Of a stretch of DNA of 64,000 bases, positions 27,290-36,800 are shown piece after piece. The stretch lies in IMG/VR virus record IMGVR_UViG_3300021368_000003, positions 31,400 through 95,399 of that record, one strand, 5' to 3'. This DNA comes from a virus. The position numbers were made by a program, and so were the translations under genes. Below the pieces are notes generated by a model that was not told where the DNA came from, did not search any database, and saw nothing but the letters and a program-made list of their open reading frames with translations. The first letter of the stretch is position 1; every line of letters starts with the position of its first letter.

Positions 27290-28825
27290 TTAGAACTCGA
27301 TTACGATTTTGATATCTTCAATTTGGTCGCCAGCACGAGAAATCGCGCCTCTGTTATCTATGTAGATGATTTCGCCAGAGTTCGGTTCGATTTCAGGTTT
27401 GGCATAACCGTTAGTGAAGGACATACCCAAGTCATACTCAGTGTTGTTAATAACACGAGTAGAGACACCAGACACAACGGGGAAGTTGATATCAGGGTCT
27501 GCTGATGTACCAGAGGTAGAACCCGTCACTGGGTTACCTCCTTCAAACTCGGTAAGGTTACCAGTAATTTCTGGGAACACACCATCAATTCTGTTCTGAT
27601 AGTATTTAAGAACTTTGGTAGTGGCGTTCCAGGAAATGACACGACCACGGGCAGTTACCTGCTGACCACCAACCGTTCTAGACTGAGTAATAATCTCGTC
27701 AGTTTGGAACTGACCAGTAAAGGTTGGAGAGAAGATAACAGCACGAGTAGCAGACAACGTAATCGCAGACGTTAGTTCTGTCGTACCATACTGGTTAGGA
27801 TTGATAACGAGACCAATACGGCGATAGTCGTTATCAGTAGGGAAGTCACCCGATCCTTCATCGTAGGTGAACTTCGTGTTGATCATCACTCTGTAACCAC
27901 CAAGTTCTTTGGTAGGATCAGAACCATGACCAGTGTCAGGAGGAATAATAACGTCGATAGCAGCACCCGTTCCAGTACCAGCACCAATACCGTTGATCTC
28001 ATCGATCACGATCTTACCGAAGGTGTAACCAGAACCACCAGAAGTCACAGTTGCCGAAACAACTTTACCACCATCAACCACCAGAGAAACACGACCACCA
28101 ACGCCGTCGCCCTTAATGGGAACGTTTTCGTAGGTGCCGTTGTTATATCCAGTACCAGATGCTTGAATAACCACAGTGTCGATCTCACCACCGACAGCAT
28201 CACCAGTCACAGCGATATCGCTGAGCACAGGCATGTAATCATTCGAGAAGAATTTCAGAACCTGACCAACAGGGATCGTATAAAGATACTTCCAACGGTA
28301 GCCATCAGAAGTGGTAATAATTGAAGTGGAGGTGCCAGTAGGCTCAACAGTAGAAGGTTTACCGTTAGGATCAGAAGGACTGGTGCCGTTGTAAATGCAC
28401 TTGTATACTTGGTACTGCGAGTTAACAACGTAGAAATCTGCGTCGTAAAGTTTCGTAGCACCCGACGATGCCGTCTTGGTCGAGGAGTAATCATGACGAT
28501 ACATATCATAAACGTAACCCAGACCACCAGTGGTTTGTTCTGGGGGTGTCCAGTCAATACGACGAACTACTTGAATCGTGTCATTTGCAAGAACACGCTT
28601 CAACGAAATCATGTCTGAAAACGTATCACTAAACTCTTGGAACGAGTCAATAGGAGTCGGCGGTGCGTTTTCGTTGTCCCATTCTTGGGGACGACCAATG
28701 AAAACGTACAGACGGTCTCTATTAGAACCCGCTACAAGGTCAGACTGCGTAGGGTCGGCACCCTCCAACGACTTAATAAATCGCTTCGCAGTAAAAATCC
28801 TAAATTGGTCGGTGAGAAGTGCCAT
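27290..28825 (-). CDS. gp8: baseplate wedge subunit gp8
   Basis: LYVFIGRPQEW, YQVYKCIYN, DGYRWKYLYTI, GHGSDP, NDYRRIGL and SGEIIYIDNR..EDIKIVIEF motifs. Confidence 0.95.
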   Translation of the reverse strand: MALLTDQFRIFTAKRFIKSLEGADPTQSDLVAGSNRDRLYVFIGRPQEWDNENAPPTPIDSFQEFSDTFSDMISLKRVLANDTIQVVRRIDWTPPEQTTGGLGYVYDMYRHDYSSTKTASSGATKLYDADFYVVNSQYQVYKCIYNGTSPSDPNGKPSTVEPTGTSTSIITTSDGYRWKYLYTIPVGQVLKFFSNDYMPVLSDIAVTGDAVGGEIDTVVIQASGTGYNNGTYENVPIKGDGVGGRVSLVVDGGKVVSATVTSGGSGYTFGKIVIDEINGIGAGTGTGAAIDVIIPPDTGHGSDPTKELGGYRVMINTKFTYDEGSGDFPTDNDYRRIGLVINPNQYGTTELTSAITLSATRAVIFSPTFTGQFQTDEIITQSRTVGGQQVTARGRVISWNATTKVLKYYQNRIDGVFPEITGNLTEFEGGNPVTGSTSGTSADPDINFPVVSGVSTRVINNTEYDLGMSFTNGYAKPEIEPNSGEIIYIDNRGAISRAGDQIEDIKIVIEF

Positions 28826-28847
28826 CTTTTAGAAATTACCTTCTTTT

Positions 28848-28854
28848 TATTTAT
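28848..28854 (-). promoter_or_regulatory. T4-type late promoter ATAAATA upstream of gp8
   Basis: Intergenic, ~22 nt before the ATG. Confidence 0.7.
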
Positions 28855-28858
28855 GTGT

Positions 28859-30745
28859 TTACTCAGGCTCCTTTCTCACAAGGTTAGTGTATTCTTGCGA
28901 GACAAACGTGCCGTTTGCACCACTTCCGCCACCAGTGATAGTATCGGAGGTAGTAAATTTATAGGTAGTGCCATTGTTGGTTATACCTGTAACCTTCAAA
29001 GTCTTGTAACCATATGCATCTTCTGCTGACTGAATCTCAGCAACGGTAGCAGTTACACCAGTCACAGAACCCGTGACAGTTTCTCCTACTGTATAGTTAC
29101 CGCCTGCATGGTTTTTGAGTTTGAGGGTGGATGCTGAAATGTGTTCAACTCCATCATCGAGTTCGCCAGCAGTTTGCACAGAAGCAGTAAGGGGCACAAG
29201 ACTTGAATCATACAGTTCATCTCCAACTTGGAATAGAGTGGTGTTTTGTCCACCAACAGTTTCTTCAATACCGTAAAGGGTGGAAGCAATACCACCATCC
29301 AAACTGATTTCATCTTCAAAGTCTGTACCAGTATTTACCAAGTCAGGAATGCCATCACCTGCACCATCCAACTCATCATCATCTTCAAACTTAAATCCTT
29401 CTAAGACACTAATAGGATTCTCAAAGGTGACGATAGATGAATTCTCATCTTCTACCAGAGGGTGTGGTCCAACACCAGTACCAGATGATGCTGATGTACC
29501 AGCGATGAATTGAATCACCGAGGTCTTTTCATTAGATCTACCGCCATCAATAAACGCTAGTTCATCGACTTGGAAGATTAGAAATAGTTCTCTGGTTTCT
29601 GGTCGCCAGTCATAAACAATAGCGACCTTGTTAGATTTATCTTCCTGTACTCTTCTGACACGATCAGATACAGTAAAGTTGTAACCAGATCCACCACCAG
29701 GTAGATCAGCAAGACTGTCTAAGATAACACGCTGGTCATAACGGAAGTTAATACCTCTATCACATCCAGTGAAGGAGATAGGTGTCTTACCTGTATATCT
29801 AACAATCTCTCTGCCGATCTGGAACTTACCAGAACCAGGGAATGCAGCAGTGGTCTCGATGTATATCGTAGTATCCGTTGCTGTTGCATCACGGATAAGA
29901 GCACTGATCTCATAGAAGTCAGAGACCAGAGAAGTTCTATTTCGTTGTGTACGAATCAGGTTAGTATCTCTGGTGAAGATAACCTGAGGAGGAGATGTGT
30001 ATCCACCACCAGAATTGAGTAGATCGATTGATTCAATTCTACCCAGATTGATAGTTGCTTCTGCCTGAGCACCAGATCCACCACCACCAATAATCTGAAT
30101 CAGAGGAGGGGTCTCAAAGAATTCACCAGGGTTGGTAACATTGATTGCTTCGATCTTACCGAACTGATTAACCTCAGCAACACCTTCGGCGTTCTGTCCA
30201 CCACCACCAGAAATAACAATAGTAATATCTTCGGCGGTATAGTTTCTACCGTTGTTCTCAACGGCAAGACCAGTTACCTGACCAGTAGTAGGAACAAGTT
30301 CAGCACCAGATCCACCACCACCTTCAAGTCTTGCAGTAGCATCAAAATAACCATCACCAGGTCTAGTCACCTGAATGTAGTTTACAGATCCAGCAGGTGC
30401 AAGAATAGTAGATCCATCAGGACCATATTGATCCTCTTCCCAAAGCACAATGTTTGCGTCTGCTTGGGTGATACCAGTATCAGTAGAATCGATGACCAAA
30501 CGCAAGGGATTATATCCTTCACCAGGATCGATTACATCAACAGATAAGATCTCTCCGTTGTCTGCAATGTTTGCTCTTAGAACAGCGTCTCTGATCGGGG
30601 TGCCACAGTTGCCAATAGACAACTTCGGTGGATCGTTGGGATCATACCCACTTCCACCATTTGTTACAATTACGTCCTTTACACCATATACACTATTGAA
30701 TACGGGACGAATTGCTGCACCTGATCCTGGGACTGTTCTTGGCAT
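28859..30745 (-). CDS. virion structural protein with GGGGSGA beta-repeats
   Basis: Repeats of V..G.GY...P.I..GGGGSGA shared with gp7 and gp8. Confidence 0.85.
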   Translation of the reverse strand: MPRTVPGSGAAIRPVFNSVYGVKDVIVTNGGSGYDPNDPPKLSIGNCGTPIRDAVLRANIADNGEILSVDVIDPGEGYNPLRLVIDSTDTGITQADANIVLWEEDQYGPDGSTILAPAGSVNYIQVTRPGDGYFDATARLEGGGGSGAELVPTTGQVTGLAVENNGRNYTAEDITIVISGGGGQNAEGVAEVNQFGKIEAINVTNPGEFFETPPLIQIIGGGGSGAQAEATINLGRIESIDLLNSGGGYTSPPQVIFTRDTNLIRTQRNRTSLVSDFYEISALIRDATATDTTIYIETTAAFPGSGKFQIGREIVRYTGKTPISFTGCDRGINFRYDQRVILDSLADLPGGGSGYNFTVSDRVRRVQEDKSNKVAIVYDWRPETRELFLIFQVDELAFIDGGRSNEKTSVIQFIAGTSASSGTGVGPHPLVEDENSSIVTFENPISVLEGFKFEDDDELDGAGDGIPDLVNTGTDFEDEISLDGGIASTLYGIEETVGGQNTTLFQVGDELYDSSLVPLTASVQTAGELDDGVEHISASTLKLKNHAGGNYTVGETVTGSVTGVTATVAEIQSAEDAYGYKTLKVTGITNNGTTYKFTTSDTITGGGSGANGTFVSQEYTNLVRKEPE

Positions 30746-32229
30746 TAGACTACTACGATATTACCTTGCATGTTTCCATGAATAGTACACTGATAAACAT
30801 ATGTTGTACCAGCAGCAAGATTCATAGGAACTGTCCAGAATTGAACAGAACTTTGACTTCCAGTTGTACCACTAATAGCAGAACCACCAGCACTCACTCT
30901 CAGTGCGAGAGGGTGTCCAGATCCAGTAGTGTTGTCAAATCTGTAAGTAAATCCACGATACACATACAGGGTGGGGTCGTTTGCAGATACACCACCACCC
31001 GTTACAGTGTAATTGTTGGAGTCAGAAGCACTAAACTCAAAGTTGATACAAGGAGTTGCTACTGCTTCAAATGAGGATCCGTTGTGGACGAGAGTTTGTC
31101 CTTCCTGAGCACTGGGTAGTGCGACAGTGTTTGTAATAGTAAGCGTTGACCCAGACACAGCAGTAGTGATCCCAGTCCCACCAGCGATCGTGATAGTAGA
31201 ATCGGCAGCCGCAGCAGTATAGGAACCTGAGTCACCCGCAGCAGTTTGGAGTACGTTTTGTACGACGTTGGGGGAGTCATTCGTGAATGTGATAGCGCCA
31301 GCGTTTAGGTTGGTGCTAATTCCACTACCACCAGTAAAAGTAATAGTATCAGTGGTTGTAGTCGCTGTTGTTGTTCCGTTGTCAGCACCGAGAGTCGTAA
31401 ATACATTCTGATTCAGATCACCCAGTGTACCAGTCATGTCGATGGTGAGTGTATCACCAGACATTGTGGTAGAGATGTTCGTACCGCCGACAATGTTGAG
31501 AGTGTCGTTAGCAGCAGAAGCAGTTGTTGTTCCTGTGTCGCCTGTGAAGGTTTCAAAGAGGTTTTGAGTGGTTCCACCACCGCCGCCACCAGATCCTTGT
31601 AGATCGTTAGCAGGTTGCCAAGCAGAAGCAGATGCTACCCATTTCAGAACCTGACCATCAGACGGACCACCATTAACAGTGGTATCAACGTCAGACAGAA
31701 CAGTAATACTTTGGTTCTCATCTACCAGGGGGACCCAAGCGGCAGAGTGAGCAAAATATGCTTTGCCAGTGCCATGAACGTGAGCAAGCATACCGTGATG
31801 GTTAGTCGCATCAGGAAGGTCGCCCAGAGTAGCGTAAGGGGCATACCATTTGAGATATCCATCGTCACCGTCAATGTAAGTGTAAGCAGATCCAGACCCA
31901 CCTGCCCAGAGTTTGATATCCCCAGTTCCAGTTTGATAAATTACGATATTGTCAGTTCCATCAGACGTGATCTGATGACCATTAGTATCCAGGTTACCAG
32001 TCAGCGTGTCAAAGTTTCCAGCACGAAAAGCAGCACTAGGTGACGTGCCCCATTTCAGAACCTGACCCTCAGTAATACCAGCACCGATATCAAACAAGAT
32101 ATCAGTTTGGTTACCTAGTTTCTCATAGAGTTCATTAAAATTGGAGTTTGCTTTGATGGCACCATCACGGAGGGTATCACCCGTTCCGTCATTCGCCGCA
32201 GAACCAATGCCAATCGTCTGTTTTGCCAT
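30745..32229 (-). CDS. baseplate/fibre protein with gp9/gp10-like N-terminus and C-terminal cupredoxin-like domain
   Basis: MAKQTIGIGSAANDGTGDTLRDG..NSNFNELY; C-terminus GHP...YQCTIHGNMQG. Confidence 0.85.
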   Translation of the reverse strand: MAKQTIGIGSAANDGTGDTLRDGAIKANSNFNELYEKLGNQTDILFDIGAGITEGQVLKWGTSPSAAFRAGNFDTLTGNLDTNGHQITSDGTDNIVIYQTGTGDIKLWAGGSGSAYTYIDGDDGYLKWYAPYATLGDLPDATNHHGMLAHVHGTGKAYFAHSAAWVPLVDENQSITVLSDVDTTVNGGPSDGQVLKWVASASAWQPANDLQGSGGGGGGTTQNLFETFTGDTGTTTASAANDTLNIVGGTNISTTMSGDTLTIDMTGTLGDLNQNVFTTLGADNGTTTATTTTDTITFTGGSGISTNLNAGAITFTNDSPNVVQNVLQTAAGDSGSYTAAAADSTITIAGGTGITTAVSGSTLTITNTVALPSAQEGQTLVHNGSSFEAVATPCINFEFSASDSNNYTVTGGGVSANDPTLYVYRGFTYRFDNTTGSGHPLALRVSAGGSAISGTTGSQSSVQFWTVPMNLAAGTTYVYQCTIHGNMQGNIVVV

Positions 32230-32251
32230 CTTCTTACAGTTTGTACGTTGT

Positions 32252-32258
32252 TATTTAT
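32252..32258 (-). promoter_or_regulatory. T4-type late promoter ATAAATA
   Basis: Contains the TAA stop of the upstream gene. Confidence 0.65.
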
Positions 32259-33865
32259 GTTGCGTCAAAAGACACAGTGGTGGAGTCAAGAGTAGATTCG
32301 GTAGAATCGAACGAATCTGCGCTACCACCAGAGAATCCAGTGACAGTCAAAGTCGCAATTTCAGTTTGTAGTGGGGAGTTAGATGCGGGGGTTGCACCAA
32401 CAGGTCCACTAATTTCGCAACGGAACTTATACCCTGTCATATATGACAGAGCAGTAAAAGCATAAGAGCTGCTAGTTGCACCAGTCAGAACTGCGAAGGA
32501 GAAACCACCATCAGTGGATCTATACCATTGATATCGTTTGGGTCCATCTTCGGGACTGATTGCAGCGGTAACCGTAAAGGTAACCAACTGTCCACTTCCA
32601 ATCGTGGCGTTCTGTGGTTGCAGAGCGATCTGAATCGTTGCAGGGATAACAGTCCCACCATCTCCACCGCCAGTAGGTGGTGGTGGGGGTGCTGCACCAT
32701 TGTTTGCTGGTTGATCAATAGCCTCACGAGTAGTAAGACCAACCATGTATGGGAACATAGGAACCAGGTTCTGCTCACTATCTAATTCAGTAGATAAGAA
32801 GTAAGCATATGTTCCATCAGGATATTCAGGAGTAACACAAAAACGTCCATTATGGAAGTCTAGGTTACCAAGACCCTCAGCGTACTCCCAGTCCTGCATC
32901 AGAGCGCCTGCTGGGGGGTTCTGCTGGGACGATCCATAGCTTGGTCTACCCTCCGCTTCTTCTGATTTAACACGATAAGAAGTAGTTGCTAAACCTATCT
33001 CACTATTATTGTTCCAGGGGTCGTTATAAAAGTAGGGTCCATATACTGGGAATCCATCAAAGGCAATACCAACAAGTTTGGAATGACCATCAGGATGTCT
33101 TAGGTTGTCACCGTTATACTGAGAAGAACCATAGTAGTCATTGTAAGTTGACATGATGGCATTATCTTTCCAGCATTCTAGAAACTCAGTATCGTGGTAA
33201 TGATATTGTCCAGTTACTTCTGGATGTCCACCACAATTATCTTCACCAAAATCTACTGGTGAGTTGGGGTAATGTGCGTTCCAGTTGAATCCTGTTGGGG
33301 GATTGCCTCCGCTTCCAGCCGATGGGTTGAAGAAGACAACACCATTAGCAGCAATGCCGATAGCACCCAGTGGAGTTGCGACTCTACCGTTTCTCTGGTC
33401 ATAATAGTTGTAAGTTCCTGTATGTGCTTCTCTCGTGTAATCCACGATGAGTTGCAAGTATGTACTACTAGCACGCCAGAATTCACCAGCAGTTGCAGTT
33501 TGTGCAGTGCCCTTGTATATAAAGACTTGCTTCTTTTCGTCTGCTGTACCAGCATCAAATACGAAAAGAATTCTATCGCCAACACGGATAGAACCAGATG
33601 TTGTTGTGCCTAAAAGACCATTATCATCTACGCTTAGAGGGATCTCAATAATATATCCATTTTGTGTAAAGGTGTTACTATCAAATGCTCTGGTAATACC
33701 AAATGTTCCACCTCTAAAATAAAAGTCATGGTCAAAATCCTGCTCAGTAACCGCATTAGGGTTATTAGCATTAGGAAACGTACCATAGGCGACGGGATTG
33801 GGTAGACCATTCGCCGAAACGTCTATGATACGGGTGCCAGCGTTATAAGTTGCGGTTCCTGCCAT
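32255..33865 (-). CDS. YHYH-domain structural protein with C-terminal Ig-like domain
   Basis: IGIAANGV, GGHP..GQYHYH, HSKLVGIAFDGFPVYGP and NGRFCVTPEYP motifs; Pro linker followed by QP..YQWYRS..FRC Ig motif. Confidence 0.88.
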   Translation of the reverse strand: MAGTATYNAGTRIIDVSANGLPNPVAYGTFPNANNPNAVTEQDFDHDFYFRGGTFGITRAFDSNTFTQNGYIIEIPLSVDDNGLLGTTTSGSIRVGDRILFVFDAGTADEKKQVFIYKGTAQTATAGEFWRASSTYLQLIVDYTREAHTGTYNYYDQRNGRVATPLGAIGIAANGVVFFNPSAGSGGNPPTGFNWNAHYPNSPVDFGEDNCGGHPEVTGQYHYHDTEFLECWKDNAIMSTYNDYYGSSQYNGDNLRHPDGHSKLVGIAFDGFPVYGPYFYNDPWNNNSEIGLATTSYRVKSEEAEGRPSYGSSQQNPPAGALMQDWEYAEGLGNLDFHNGRFCVTPEYPDGTYAYFLSTELDSEQNLVPMFPYMVGLTTREAIDQPANNGAAPPPPPTGGGDGGTVIPATIQIALQPQNATIGSGQLVTFTVTAAISPEDGPKRYQWYRSTDGGFSFAVLTGATSSSYAFTALSYMTGYKFRCEISGPVGATPASNSPLQTEIATLTVTGFSGGSADSFDSTESTLDSTTVSFDAT

Positions 33866-33878
33866 CGAACTTTTTAGT

Positions 33879-33885
33879 TATTTAT
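33879..33885 (-). promoter_or_regulatory. T4-type late promoter ATAAATA
   Basis: Contains the TAA stop of gp7. Confidence 0.65.
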
Positions 33886-36800
33886 TGGAAGATCTGAGTA
33901 GGTGTAAATCCACTGATAATAGTGGCACCTGTCTGAACTGTGAGGATCACGGAGTTGGAGTAAGTAGGTTGAGCACCAGCAGCAGTGATTGCTACACGGA
34001 ACTCATCACCATCATCTGCCTGTACAGCAGCGTTAGAACTGTAAATCGCATTTGTCTGACCCGTGATGTTGACCCAGTTAGTTTCACCATACTGCTTGCG
34101 CTGCCACTGATAGTTCAGTGCAGTGGTTCCGACAGATCCGTCAGCACTCACGATGAACGAAGCGTCAACGGTGAAGGATGCAGTCTGACCTTGGTTCACG
34201 GTCACGTTAGTGGGTTGTGCGTTGATCAGGATGTAACCAGGTACGATCACGATTGGGTTGCCGTCAGCGTCAGTACCTTCACCCGCGTAGGTGTCGAAAC
34301 CACCGTTAACATTACCGCCCTCAGGTGCTACAAAGTCATCAGGGACAGTTGTCTCAACTTCAACCACAGGTGCTTCATAACCAATACCAGGGTTCTTAAC
34401 CACGATGGAAGAGATACCCATCAGAGCACGGATACGACCGTCGAAACCAGTGGAGGAAACCACGTCAACGTTCGGGCGTGAGGTGTAACCGTTACCAGGT
34501 GCAGTGATCTGTGCCTTAGTAATTTCACCAGATCTGATGGTAGCAAGAGCAGCAGCGTTGCGACCCTTAACAGTTCCTGTGTACTCGAAGGTAATCAAGG
34601 AGTTGGAAGACTCGATCAGAGCGACCTCACGAGGATCACCTTCACCTTCGATTTGCAGAATGTCACCAGCCTCAATCGGAGGTACGACAGTTGCCGCGAT
34701 CACGTCAGCGTCAGAACCAATGTAGGAGAAGGCAACAAATGTAGATCCTGCGCGAGGAATCTCAGCGAAGATAATTCTAGAACCAACCAGGTTATAACCA
34801 ACACCAGGTTCCTGAATCACACCATTGAGCGAGACGATGATGTTGTTCTCAGGCAAGATAGTGTTGGACGACACACCTTCCGTCAGAGTCAAGGAGTAGA
34901 AACCACCCTGATACTTCAAGTTGAAGGACGAGCGCAAGGAGTCAAACTCGAAACTGATGTCATCAAGTTGTCTCAGTTTACCCACGTAGTAACCAATGAA
35001 TTCAGATCCGATCGTGGGAGGTTCAGTGAACTGAATCTGGTCGGAGAACGCAGTGTAGGCGTAAGTTGCACCAGGAGGTTGCAGCACACCATTGACGAAC
35101 ACGAGCAGGTGTCCAGCGGGATCTGGGAAGTATGCTTCACCGTTGTTGACGGTGAGTTTGAAGGAAGTTGCAGTGCCATCAAATCCTCGGAAGAATCTAT
35201 CGCAACGACCCAGAAGCGACTTCGCTTGCGTTACACCTGCTTGCCAATCGTAGTCAGAGATGATCGACAAGTTGCTGGGCCAATCGCCCACAGCATCTTC
35301 CAACCAGATGCGACCAGTGGTGCCGCTGATTGCCTTACCTGCGACCTTACCGTAAGAGGTGTAAGAGGTCTCGGTGACGGAAGAGATGTCTGCACGGAAG
35401 ATTGGGAAGTTGCTAAGGTTCTCAAACTTACCGATAGAACCATTTGCTGCCAGTTGAGGATCGACAGTCGTGGTTCCATCTGCTGCCTGTCCATACGGAC
35501 GCAGGTTCGCGAGCCATACGTTGTGAATGCTGTTATCAGGATCGTAGTTATACTCAGTGACGATAGCAGTCCAACCAGGTTGTGCGGGGATGGTGCCTTG
35601 GAGCAGGTAAACCAGGTCGCCTTTGTTGAAGTCTCCCAGGAATCCTTGGTCTCTTGTGACATTTGTGATCTGACACTGGATTGTCTTAGTCGCATGTACG
35701 AACTGATTAAGTTCGATATTTCTAAATCCAGCAGTGGTGATGTCAGCGATGTCAAGAATAACGTCGGTGACAGAACCGTAGATAATATCGCCATCCACGA
35801 AGTTATCTTGCAGGGACTCAATGTCAATCGTGATACGACCGCCCGTGTTACCCACGAGAGCACCAGCAGAGTTCTCATAGAGTTTGATGTCTGCCTCAGC
35901 ACCATTGCCCTTGTTGAAGATCATCTCACCTTCTGCGAATGCACCGCGATCAATGTTGATCAACATGCGCTCAGTCAGATCACCTTGGACAGTTGCAGTG
36001 ACAGCAGAGTCTACACCCACGAGGTCATCGCCAGCGTTAATTATGCCAGTGATATTCTCGATGTAGCAATTACCTTCGTCAGTGTTATCACCCGAGAGGA
36101 CAGAGGTCTGAACAATGAAACCGTAGTTAGAAGGATTGCCATCAACGTTGACTCTCTCGCCATTTGTGAAGCGACCAGAGGCAGATACGAGATTCGCCTT
36201 CTTGTACAGTTTGATGATCTCTGCTTCATTATTTCTAGTTCTGATAACGTCACCACGGCAGTTGGAGCTAGTACCAACAACCACGTCAGCGAGGTTGAAA
36301 CCACCACTGATAGGCGTATCAATGTCACGAGTACCATATGTGGTGGTCTCACGATAGATACCAGAGCGTACGTCAATTTGGAATCTCTGCTGACCACCAG
36401 TTGAGAGGTCAACATCAAAGTCGCTGTAACGTGCGTCGTGACGAATCTCGCGTGCAATCTCGAAGAATTGAGGAGTTGCGTTCAACACATAGAACCAAGA
36501 CTGACCTTGGAGTCCACGCTCGATGTCAGCCGAAGCGGGTACATAGGTGAGAACATCACCACGAGAGTAGAAGTTCGGGCGAGTAATCTTGACTCTGTTC
36601 TCTCTTCTCTCGAAACCAACTTCCACAGTAGGAGTGTTAAGAACCAGTTCAGGATCAGTGTTCCAGTCATTACCCTCGTCGTAGAGGTTTTGCAGGTTCT
36701 GAGCATGAGTCGAGTTGACCCAGATCAGGTTGTTGTTGGTAGGAGGTGTGGAGCGCGTAAGAGCGAAATTGATCGGATTAGTAGAAGCGTCAATTCTAAA

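Noticed and set aside
34653-36404. Long plus-strand ORFs (583 aa here; also 13293..14639, 17555..18892, 38787..39848 and others)
   Set aside because: Antisense shadows of strongly codon-biased structural genes; S/T/I/V-rich with no motifs.
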